A DNA stretch of 64,000 bases from Podarcis liolepis. Taxonomy: Eukaryota. Each line of letters opens with the position of its first letter. Within the stretch, counting starts at the first letter, position 1. Both the position numbers and the translations under genes were made by a program. The stretch is from the NCBI GenBank assembly GCA_965112155.1, contig OZ218098.1, one strand, 5' to 3'. The notes beneath the pieces were generated by a model. It was not told the origin of the DNA. It saw only the letters and a program-made list of their open reading frames with translations, and did no database searches. This document shows positions 46,901-57,824 of the stretch, one piece after another.

Positions 46901-49828
46901 GTAGCCCTCTGAAAGTCAGTCACATCACTGACAATTATCAGAATAGAAAGCACACTCTTAATTGATCTGCTTTTCATTTCTATTTATATTATTTTGTGCA
47001 TCTAACTGATATTTTGAGTAAAACATTAATAAAGACCTCTTTGACAGTTATGGTAAAATCTGATAATCGGCGAACTTTTTTTATTTCATTAATGCAACAA
47101 TAAAGTAGTGATTATTTAAACAGCTGGTAGTCATGATGGATACACTTGTTAAGTCTAACTGGAAAGCATTTAGTGGCAAGCACTAAATGATGATGATGAT
47201 GGCAACAACAACAACAATAAGAATAATGAAAGCCAGAACCTCATACATTACTGCTACTTTAGTCTTAACAATGTGCCACCATTGATGGAGCTTTTTATAG
47301 TCTCAACTTATCACCATAATGTTACCCTGGAACAAGATGTAATAGATCTATATACTTACACTTAGCATAGAGGCAATCCATCATTGACTGCACCAGATCC
47401 AGTTTGGCTTTAATGGAAAAATTAATGAAGTTGGTATCAACCAGGATGTAGTAGGGAGGCCCCAGTTGTGTATTATATTGGAAGAACAAACAGGAAGGAT
47501 ATTTAGGGCTGAAATGACAAACATGGGACAAATCAAGTTACAAAGGGGAAAACAAAACATACTGTCCACAAATGGCGCATAACTTCAGAAGTGCTTTTTC
47601 TCAGCTTACAAACTCTTGAAATGTATTGAAAAATGTGTCAAAAAGCTCAGAGGACAAAACACTCAATAAGTCACATTTACTGCTGAAAGTGTGCTCAAGC
47701 ATTCTAGTGTGTGTGTGAGTGGGGGGTGCTTTTACATTTCAACCCCCATCTCTTGAGGTCCAACCACATGGTGTTATTCTCAGTACCATCTTTACAGCAG
47801 GGACAAACATTTTACAGCAAGAAAAGGGCTTTCAAAAAGTGTTTCCTCAAGCTGTGGAACCTTCTCCCAGTACATGTCTTTTCTTTTCAAGACAGCTAAG
47901 CCCTTCTGCTCAAAATATTTTGACAGAGCACCAAAAATCATTCATTCCAATTATTTCTATATGTGATACGTGTAAGAAGCAAAACACTTAAAATAAAGAA
48001 AGTTTGGCCACTTTATCACTGACTTGTAATGTGCCTCCCACTACCTGCTTGATCAGCTCTAGTTTGCTAATGACCCAGGTAATATGTGTTTGCCAAGCCA
48101 AATTAAAAGCACCCACATAACAGTCTTCAAGTTAAGACACAATCCTGAGCATGCTCATCTGAAAGTTAACATCTACCACCGGCATAGGCAAACTTGGCCC
48201 TCCAGATGTTTGGAGACTACAATTCCCATTATCCCTGACCACTGGTCCTGTTAGGGATGATGGGAGTTGTAGTCCCAAAAATGGGATTTCTTTCTAATTT
48301 TGTATTAAGGTAGCGAACAGAATTGATGGGAAATCATTAGATACTTACACCTCTCTCTCTTTTATTGCACTGGAATCATCCTTCTTTTTCTCTTTAGGTT
48401 TTGCTCGGTCTGCCTCTTTGCTAGGGGTGGCAAAAATTTTTTTAAAATCATTTGTACACACCATCTACTCAGTAAACCACTGTAGATAACCAAGGGACAT
48501 TATTGTTGGAAAGAATTGTATCAATATAGGATCACAAGATAAAAAAAAGTTTGGAGATCATTTTGGAGCACCACACAATCCTACCATTATGAATTTGACT
48601 CAATGGGACTTACTTAAGTATAGGATCACTTCTTTGTTAAGTGTTTCAGTCTTGTTAAATATGCAAAACTCTTAGAATTTACACTTCAGTAGTTGCCACT
48701 AATAAATATTATCAAAAGACTTACATGCGCTGGTCACGGAGGCTGATCATGCGTTTCATGGCAGCATATTTCTTTGCTTTCTTTTGTTTCCCCTTAAAAG
48801 GGAAAAATTAATAACAGACCATTATTTTTTAAAAATACTATAAAACCTGTCATCCTCTTCCACACACACTACAGTCACAGCCAGTGTTTCATATCTAAGA
48901 AAGGAGATGCCAAGACTCAAATCTTTTACCAACAAGACCTAGTTCCTGATCTATGTGGGTGGTAGCTATGGTAACTTATTGGTAACGGAAAGGCACTCCA
49001 TACATCCTGTTCCTTATTATCTAGCATGCATAATAAGAACATCTTTACTCAAATTAGGTTCTCATCAAAACACTCCAAAATTGGCTTCCCTAGGTTTTAG
49101 AGATACAATTGCAGGATCCAGCCAATCATAACCATTGGATGGACATAATTCACATACATATTGTTTACTGCCTGCAAACCTATCCTCGCCAACAGTGTTC
49201 CATATTACTCTAGGATTCACATACCCCAACAGCTGAACTACCCAGAAATGTGAATATCTATAAAGAACATCAAGGGGCAGCAAAGGAAATATTTGGTTTA
49301 TTGACTAGAATGAGGCAAAGACAGGAGCACATTAAAAAAATAAATGAATGTAAGGGGCAGACAGGAGCGTAGGGTTTGTTTGGTTTTTTTTAAAAAAATG
49401 TAAGTGTGAAACTATTTCTGGATAGCAGACTCGCCATTATTTCCCACCCACCCTCCCCCACAACCTCCAGCACCAGTCCCTCCCTCCAACACTTTCTACT
49501 CCCTCACAGCACCGGTCCTGAGAAGCACCTCTCCAACGATAAAGCTAGTCATTTCATACGCTCGTAAGCGGGAGCGAATTTAAAAGCACGCCTGGTGGGA
49601 TTTTAAAACACTTTCTCAGTTCCCCCCTTGCCCCCGCCTCTGTCCAGCATCTAGCATGGTGAGCCGCTCTAGCGAACTCGAGGCGTTTGAGTTATGCCCA
49701 ACGAAGCTTTTGCTCAGCTGTCGACAATGGAGAATTAAAAAAGGACTGTGAGAGGACCGCGGGTGGAGAGCAGCCAGTTCCCCGCCATGCCACGCCACAA
49801 CCCCGCACCCGAGCCCAGCGCTCACCAT
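43906..49828 (-). CDS. FCF1: rRNA-processing protein FCF1 (UTP24, PIN-domain endonuclease of the SSU processome), complete gene span; 8 exons, 597 nt, 198 aa
   Basis: Joined protein [23 protein letters not shown]...[19 protein letters not shown]...[11 protein letters not shown]...[21 protein letters not shown]...[15 protein letters not shown]. Confidence 0.98.
44715..45140. mobile_element. Tigger/pogo-like MITE in FCF1 intron 7
   Basis: TA|CAGGCGACTCCCC...AGGAACTGCCTG|TA imperfect TIRs. Confidence 0.7.
45346..45440 (-). CDS. FCF1: FCF1 exon 7 ([24 protein letters not shown])
   Basis: ttgcag| acceptor, CAG|GTAGGT donor; 95 nt. Confidence 0.95.
45801..45888 (-). CDS. FCF1: FCF1 exon 6 ([11 protein letters not shown])
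   Basis: ttacag| acceptor, CAG|GTACCT donor; 88 nt. Confidence 0.95.
46723..46795 (-). CDS. FCF1: FCF1 exon 5 ([17 protein letters not shown])
   Basis: ctgtag| acceptor, AAG|GTAGGG donor; 73 nt. Confidence 0.95.
47360..47508 (-). CDS. FCF1: FCF1 exon 4 (PIN motif VDTNF)
   Basis: tttcag| acceptor, AGT|GTAAGT donor; 149 nt. Confidence 0.96.
48180..48280. mobile_element. Short palindromic hAT-type MITE (partial)
   Basis: ggcataggcaaac...gactacaattcccat...gatgggagttgtagtc; related remnant at about 16150-16240. Confidence 0.7.
48349..48420 (-). CDS. FCF1: FCF1 exon 3
   Basis: ccctag| acceptor, GGT|GTAAGT donor; 72 nt. Confidence 0.94.
48725..48792 (-). CDS. FCF1: FCF1 exon 2
   Basis: tttaag| acceptor, CAT|GTAAGT donor; 68 nt. 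Confidence 0.95.
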
Positions 49829-50420
49829 TTTGGTAGTCCCAGCCACAGCGTTCTTCTCGCCCACTTCCGGCGCGCGCCATGTTCGTTCGCCCAACGCTTT
49901 GAGCGTCACTTCCGGCCACTGGCGGCCAGGGGGGGCAGGGCGAGTGAGAGTGAGTGTGTGTTGTAGCTGGAGTGCGCTGTGGCAGAGCAGGCACGGAACC
50001 GACACTGACCGTTAGTCCCATGACCAGCGCGGCTAGTCCCTGACTCGCCTCAGTCGCCTCCCATGAGCGCCGCTTCCCCTTCAGAGAGGAGGCAAGAGAA
50101 GGGAGGCATTATTCGGCGGTGGGGTTGGGGTTTCGAGGCGAAGAAGGAAGCAGCCGCCGCCGGCGGGAAGGGGGCGGCGCCCTTGGGAAATCTTCCGCTG
50201 CCCTCAATGAGGGAGGGCGTCCCGGTTCCTTGAAGTAAAAGCGGGGTGTGGGGGGAGGGATAAGATGTAAAGCGGGCGTGGTGGTCCGAGTCCCGCGAGG
50301 GCATCGGGCCCGGTGGTGGGTTTCGCCCTAGTTTCAATTTGGGGCTAAGAAGTAAGTTTGGCCCTCAAACCCCGTTCTTCAGATTGCGCCGGGCCAAATA
50401 CTCGGGTTGCCGAAAGCCCT
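49540..50420. promoter_or_regulatory. CpG-island bidirectional promoter shared by FCF1 and AREL1
   Basis: CpG-rich; two CCGGAAGTG (ETS/GABPA) sites at 49862-49870 and 49907-49915; genes diverge from here; candidate AREL1 exon-1 donor GAA|GTAAGT at 50351/50352. Confidence 0.85.
49826..49828 (-). CDS. FCF1: FCF1 exon 1 coding part (ATG only)
   Basis: accaaaATG|GTGAGC in the CpG island; joins in phase 0 to GKQKK. Confidence 0.88.
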
Positions 50421-53400
50421 GAAATAATTCGGCACCATCTCGTTTTTCCTCTCCCCCCACCTTCCAGAATTTTCTGTTCCCCGCCTTTCCCCCTGACGGG
50501 ACTCAGGTTTACCTCTGGTGCTTGTCTGGTAGAGGGGAGAAAGGGTAATATTGTGGCCACTTGGCATAGTCAGCGGCTGCCTGGCACATAGTTATTGCCC
50601 TCAAATTTTTGTATGCAGAGTTTCCCTCCTTCCTATTCCTTTCCCACTTTGAATTTATCCTGAAGGACAAGTTAGGAAGGAAATCAAAGAGACATGCTCC
50701 TTACACTGCTTTCACATGGGAGTCTCAGTTAACCGATTCTAGGAACCATCCCGGCTTCAAAGGTTTCCTGGCTGCCCTGTTGTAGCTAGTTTTGCTTTGT
50801 TTCTGTTCTTCCACACTGAAATGTTTGTTCTACATTGATCTGCAGGATGGTGTTCTGTCCTGAATATGCTGCTCTTCCTGAAAGATCCGAGTTGTGAAAG
50901 TGTTTATCTTCTTGCTCCCTTTTCTTTTGGAATTTTGTTCGTTTGTTTTTGATTTTGGTTCCAGTTCTGTCAGTATTGCTCTGTATATTAATCCAGTAAT
51001 AGTCTGTAGACTATTGTATAGGAGATCTGTACTTTCATGCCTTTTATAAGTGTGAAATGAAATAGTAAATGTTTTAAATTCCCAGTAGGGAATTTAAGCA
51101 CATCCTATTGATGAATTTCAAACCATTGTAAATACAGTGTAGCTGATTTCACAGCTGTTGTTAAAAAAAAAATGATACAGTGATCTTCCAGCTGACCTTT
51201 GAATAAGCATTTTGTGGAAACATGCATACAGAAAGTCTGGAGTTACGTGGGTCTTTGGATTCTTTCCAATTAATTGCTGATTAATTTCTAATCTGATTAT
51301 TTCAGTAGCTTCTGTTGTAGTAGAACAGTTTGGGACTTGCTGGTCAACGGAGGAAAAAAATTGTTTGCAGGTGTGATGCACTGTAATTACTGATTAGCTG
51401 ATCCATATTAAGCGCAAGCCCTTTTGAAGTTATCAACTCATATAATAATGATGTTAGGTGGGTCGCCTTGCCCTGCTTTCAAAGTGGGCCCATAGAGGTG
51501 GGGAGGTAATAGGCTAGTCAGATCCCCATCTGTCTGCCAGAGGTAGGTAATACATTTAGAGAAAAACAGTTTTCCTGATGTGAGATAAAGGCACACTGGT
51601 AAATTGCTACTCTTATCTGAATGGGTGCTTTTATAATACAAGCTTATACATAATTGTTCACTTAGTCACTAATGCACATATGCCTGTTTCACCATGTACG
51701 TGCACTGCAAATAGCACACATCCAGTGAAATAGGAGTGTGTAGTAAATGCATTACATGTGACAAAATGCATAGGGAATTTCTGCCACTATAAGTTATATG
51801 AATGTTGAGAATTTGCTAAGTTTTTGGGAAAAACATGCTTCAGTATTGAGATTTGAAAATGATGGAAACTAAGTTATGACTGTGAAAAGTTTAAATTTTA
51901 GAATATATAATTAGAAGGGAATTTCTGCACTTCTACATGGAAGTGACTTTTGTGTAGTGAACACTGATATAAGCAAAACTTCCCTCAGTTGCTTACATAA
52001 TTGCTGCTATAAACATATGTGTAAGCTGAGAATGCAACTTTTAAAAGGACAGCTCTTTAAGACGTTAAGCGTTATCAGGAGCCTTAAGATTGAAGGGAGT
52101 ACTGTGTCTGGTAGATGATGTGTCTTGGTAACTATGGATATATGGGCTGTTTCACCTTTATCTATTTTTGAAGCATTTAGCTTTAATGATTTGTGTAACA
52201 CTTATTTATTCTGGCCTACAAGTGAGTTTTGTGCTACATGAACCAAAATAAAGCTCTCCTTTGTCTACCTTATTTGATTTGAAATAGGATTTAGGGAGGA
52301 AGATGAACTCATGGATAGTGGAAACAGTATGACTTGTTAATGGAAGATTGGTTTGGAATATTTCATGTTCATTTTAAAAATAATCCTTATTTACATTTAG
52401 CATCTGTAACAGTTTTTTATAGCATGCAAGAAGAAAAAATGCTAGTCATGTTTATTTTTAAAAATTGTTCTTATTAAAGATCTTCTTGGGTTACAAAAGT
52501 ACATGCAGTTTCTCTGCTTTCAATTCATAGAGTTCTTTCTACAGAGCATTCATATTTGATGTGAGACACTAATGTTATAGGCAGTATAAAGTTGGGGGGA
52601 AAGAGGTGGGGAGGGAGAGAAGAGGGGTAGTGAACTTTCTCCCCCCCCCGGTTGATTATTAATTATTTTTATACACAATTTCCAGTTACCCAATTGCCCC
52701 CTCCCCCTGCACCCAACGCATAAAATTTGGAGATTTCCAGTGTTGTGCTAATATTCAGTAAATAACAGTGCCCATGTTACCATGCCCATCCGTCATCCCC
52801 ATCCGCACCCTCCATAACTGGTCCCCCACTGCATTTCTTTGATCTTTTTTTAAAAAAAAATTAAAATAAATTTTTACTGGTTTTCCATACAATTATACAT
52901 TTTTATCCAAATTTCAACAAATTGTCTCTTTTTGAACTTCCTTCAACGTCTCTGAGAATCATCCATATTTATATCTTTAATTACACATTCCCTTCTTTCG
53001 TATTGCCATTAAACTTCCCTTCCCCCACTATTTCATATTAACAATACTCCTCTAATTTTTACAGTGCCTCTTGAAATCCCACTAGCATTGTGTTCACATC
53101 ACATGAGGGGTAGTGAACTTTCATTCTTTATAGTATATGTGCTGTAAGACTTTTGTGTCAGCGTCACGTGGGTAGGTTTTATTGCTAGTAAGGTTTATAA
53201 AAGGTGGCATTTGGTGGAGCAGTGTAACCTGGCAACATGACAGAGACCTGGTTTTTTTGTACTGATGTAGGCAGCACTTACCTGAGAATAAATCCCATTG
53301 TGGCTTGCTTTTGAATAGATACGCATAGGATTGCAATGTTAATTGCATTCTGGATTATAAATTTACATGTGATGGGAATGCAGGTTTGTGCTAGCTGAGC

Positions 53401-53601
53401 CTGCTAAGTTCAAACATTGCTGCTTGCTTGTGGTCTATGTTCAAATTATTTCAATGTGACAGAACATTTCCCCTCAGATTATTCTGTAACACTGCACATG
53501 GGGAATAAAAAGTTGCTATAGTTTGATGTGGAAGGGGAGTGGGTACCACTGCAGGATTCTAAATATAGAAATCATGATAGCAGTTTACAGGAAAAAACTT
53601 C

Positions 53602-53758
53602 CCAAGTGGATAGCTCAGTTGGTAGAGCATGAGACTCTTAATACCAGGGTCATGGGTTTGAGCCCTACATTGGGTGAAAGCTTCCTGCATTATGTGGGGG
53701 TTGGAATAGATAGATGATCCTCATGGCCTCTTCCAACTCTACAATTCTATGATTTTAT
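53602..53758 (+). mobile_element. tRNA(Lys)-derived SINE with CR1 tail (Squam3-like)
   Basis: A-box TAGCTCAGTTGGTAGAGC, CTT anticodon remnant, degenerate B-box, then cttccaactctacaattctatgatt tail. Confidence 0.85.
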
Positions 53759-53937
53759 AAGTTTAAATAGTCATATTAGAATGATGGGCTTCAGCTCTAA
53801 TAGTATTTCAGAATCCATATTTATTTGTGCAAGCTGAGGCAGAATATAATTTGGACATTGTTTTCTGAATATTTGATGTTTTCCGTTAGCTCTGAAAGCA
53901 AGTGTGTTGATTAACAGTGCAGTATCCAGAGGAGAAG

Positions 53938-54273
53938 GGACGTGAGTGGTGCTGTGGGTTAAACCACAGAGCCTAGGACTTGACGATCAGAAGGTCAGCG
54001 GTTTGAATCCCTGCGACGGGGTGAGCTCCCGTTGCTCTGTCCCAGCTCCTGCCAACCTAGCAGTTTGAAAGCACGTCAAAGTGCTTTCCTGCCTCCGCAG
54101 GAAGGTAAACGGCGTTTCCGTGTGCTGCTCTGGTTCACCAGAAGCAGCTTAGTCATGTTGGCCACATGACCCGGAAGCTGTACGCCGGCTCCCTCGGCCA
54201 ATAAAACAAGATGAGCGCCGCAACCCCAGAGTCTGTCACGACTGGACCTAATGGTCAGGGGTCCCTTTACCTT
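53938..54273 (+). mobile_element. Sauria SINE with target-site duplication
   Basis: ggacgtgagtggtgctgtgg...(ACCTTT) tail; 15-bp TSD TATCCAGAGGAGAAG at 53923-53937 and 54274-54288. Confidence 0.95.
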
Positions 54274-56735
54274 TATCCAGAGGAGAAGATGGTACCCCCC
54301 TACCCTTAGCACTGCACAGAAAGACATGGGTATTCTTTAGGTTGAGCTATCCGATAAAAACACTAAAAAGTGACTTCTGCAATCATTACCACTGCAATAC
54401 TATCCTTCCCTGTACTTTGAATGGCCTAGTACTTCTTTAACTATTCTAAACAACAGTCTTTGCATGCAAATGATTTTCCTAGAGTCTAGTATGGAGTAGG
54501 GTGTCAGGGAAGAGTCAAAGTATTTGGATTTACAAATGGGTTTTATCATTCATGTTATCTTGGGATCAAGGCAAGATCAGAAGGTTATAGAGGATCTGTA
54601 AAATTGCCCACTGTTTTGAAGAAAGGATATCTAAAACAAATGCCTTCTGAATGATTTATTCATTCCTCTGGTCATTACCTACTTGTTCTAAGCAGTCTGA
54701 TGATCCAGATTAGCTCACCAGTCTAATAATTAATGTCATTGTATCCTGGGAACGGGCTAAATAAGTAAAGCAGCTTGCACCTCTGTGCCCTAAGTGTGTT
54801 TGATGGCTGCTCCCAGTTGATGCGCTGCATAGGAGAACGTGTCAGCTCTTTTTGCTCTCTTTTGTCTGTCTAGCTGGCATCTTGCCTGTCATTTCATATA
54901 AAACAAATGAATCAGAGTTAAATTTACTGAGACTGCCTTTCAGGCAAGGAGAATTCTGAAATAGTGCACCTAAGAACAGTGACAAAGTGCTGAGTTATCA
55001 CTAACCTCCAAAGATTAGAAAGGATATTGCCAAGTTTCAGGTCAAAATTTATCCAGAAAATATCTGTCATTTGATCTTGCATGGAGGATGCTAATGGAAG
55101 GGCATCTCAGAATGACGGTTTCGTCTCTTGCAGTAGTTACATTTATCACTTCAATGGAGAGAATTCTAAGCCCATATTTTAGTGTTACGGGATTTCGTTG
55201 GAAAGAAAAATGCACACATAACCTTTAATAAGGTTCAGTAATGGAGAATTTTGATTGAATTTCCAAGCAGCTCAATAGAGAGCTTGTTTTTGAAGATGGA
55301 CTTGAAGAAGATACCAGTTTCTTTGCCGTTGGGGATAACCCTGCCATGGAAATACTTGTTTAGGCTATTCTTAAGTTCTCAATTTCTGGAAGGTTTGGAA
55401 TCATTACTATGAATTGACAATAATATAATCCACATCATATGAAGAAATTCTTATAGTTAGACAAGGGTTACCCAAGCAAGACTTTGATCTTTAGCAGGCA
55501 GTCCCTAGACTTGATGAAAGATATTGGAGGAGAGGCAACTGCTTCATCTGGCACTCCTCAATACTGAAATGAAACTTTTTTCACAGCCTGGATTAGAATG
55601 TAGATGCTAACTAAATTTCCTGTCCCCCACTGTAAAACATACAAGTGGAGGGGGTTTCTTGTAAGTAAGAAGGATCTTTACTCAAGCAAATAATGATGCA
55701 GTTTCTGCAGTAAACATGAAATGTAAGGGGTAACAGTTCAGGAGTCAGAGCAGGGCAATAAGTTGATAACTGAATGGAAGCAATGAAGGTGTCTCCACAT
55801 CTTGCTCATCTGGCCTCCCCTGTTCAGCTAGGAAAAGAAGGAATGCTTGGGCAAGTGGGTTTTCCTCAGATATGTTAAAAGGAGGAAACTTGAGACATTT
55901 GTTAAAAACCATAGAAGGTGTTGGATACAATTTCCTATCTCAGTAATTTGGAAATGTGTAACAAACAAAAGACTACTAAAGCTACAGACCTCTTGGAGTT
56001 GGGGGAAATCACCAATACTTAACCATGTAAGATTAGAGTAGTAGTTGCTTGATAGTTTAAATGTTTTGCAGGCATTGGTAGTGGTGTATTTTCCCCTTTC
56101 CCATTTATAGGTGTTTTTTTTTAATTCCCCTTTATAGTTCTCACTAAAGAATAATTGGATGACGGTCAGTGTTTTGGACGAAACCGAGCATGGCATTTCT
56201 GAAAACAATTATTTTTGAGGCCCTCCTTTTGCTTCATTCTTAGTAAGAAGACACACTGTTGTCGTTGCTAATGGATATAACTGCTGCCGAGTGCCCCCAG
56301 GTCCTCCCCTCCCCTGCACTTTGTTGTTGCTGCTTTGCTTTCCAGTGTTGCCACACAGGACTACCACAATCTGATTTTGTGAATGCTGTGCATACGACAC
56401 ATCTGTCCTCTTACTTTGTCCCCTCTCCAATCCAATATATGTTCAGCTGCATTCTTGTGAAACATTATGGTACACGTACATTTTATATATATAAAAGATT
56501 TCTACATGCACATCATCTTGGGCAAAGCTTCTCTAAATTTCAGTACATAAAATCTGGTGTGTATATATAAAGCTCTAGTGCTGTTGAAGTTATATGATGT
56601 GGTCTATTTGCTGATGTCATTCTTGGATTTTGGCTCAGTCAGTTTAAAACTGAAGTGGTGCTACTGAACTGTTTTCTTGTCCAGATTAAAAAAAAATGAT
56701 GCATGTATTGATTATGTATTTATGTTTCACTTCAG

Positions 56736-56983
56736 GTGATCTCCTAGCAAGTTTTTTGAGGGCTGCATAGTGTCACGATGCAGAGTGCCACTACTTGGGA
56801 TAGTTGCCTAATTGTCGTGTTTGACTCCCGAGCTGTGAACCTGTATTGCAAGTTCCAGGATTATTTGTCTCAATGATGACATTCCCTTCTGCTGTTTTTT
56901 TCCTGGTTTCTGTATGCTGAACAAAGTTCCTGATGAATGGACACTCCCCTATTGTCTTTCAGGGCATGGGAGCTGGTGTAAAG
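56736..56983 (+). other. AREL1: Probable non-coding 5'UTR exon of AREL1 containing uORFs
   Basis: tttcacttcag| acceptor, AAG|GTATGC donor; lies between the promoter and the ATG exon. Confidence 0.6.
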
Positions 56984-57808
56984 GTATGCCCTCTCTCTTC
57001 CCATCCAATCAGCGGAAAATGGTGGTGAACCTAGCTGTGTGGGCTGTGAACTGCAGCTTGATAGAACTGCCCATCAGAAAGGAATAAAGCTCAGTATAGA
57101 CTTTCAGCATAGTTTATTCTCTACTTCTGTTAGAGCAACATATTTTATAGTATTGTCAGCTATTAGATGACTGCTGTCTTTTTAAGACTATTGGGAACAA
57201 ATTGCTAATGAAAGAATTCTGCATTTACAATAACACTAGTATGTAGCACAATATGGCCTAGGAGCTGATGTGCCATAAAATTCAATATGCCAACCTACCT
57301 GGTACCCTTCCTGCAGGGCTGAGGTGGGTGACAACTGAGGAGACAACCTTTCTGGTGGTGGTGCATGGTGATGACCCATTTATGGAATACTTGTCTCAGA
57401 GAGACTTGTCACAGGTTAAGACCTCTTTATTTGCCCAAAGCTTCTTAATAAAACATGATTCACTTCTAAGACAGTTTGCTGGGTTTTCTGTTGTTGTTTG
57501 CTGATTCTGCTTCTATACATTTATTCCTTCTTTCTGCTGCTCTGGCATTTCATTTTTATTGTTTAAATTATTCTAAAGTTAGTTAATATTGTGAGCTGCT
57601 TTGGAAACTTGTTCAAATTTTAAAGTAGGATATAAGAAAGTTCTCTAAATAAAACTGGCCATGTGTAAGAAATGGACTTACCTATGTTTCTTAGGGACCA
57701 AACACTTTATTGCGAGACTTGCAGTGAAAGGGATATTGAACTAAATCTGCTTTCTGTATTCCAGATGCAGCTGTGATCCTCGGCTGTGTCTCTCATTGAA
57801 GGGACCTG

Positions 57809-57824
57809 ATGTTTTACGTTATTG
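57809..57824 (+). CDS. AREL1: AREL1 first coding exon (MFYVI G); exon acceptor at 57765
   Basis: ATG 57809; TTG|GTAAGC donor; phase 1. Confidence 0.9.

Noticed and set aside
53602-53680. Apparent tRNA-Lys(CTT) gene
   Set aside because: Acceptor and T stems are degenerate, and it runs into a CR1-type tail rather than a T-run terminator: a SINE head.
56150-56213. SECIS element or hammerhead ribozyme
   Set aside because: ATGA-to-AA spacing (18 nt) and helix II do not fit SECIS, and it is not in a 3'UTR; the hammerhead CUGANGA box is absent (GGATGA).
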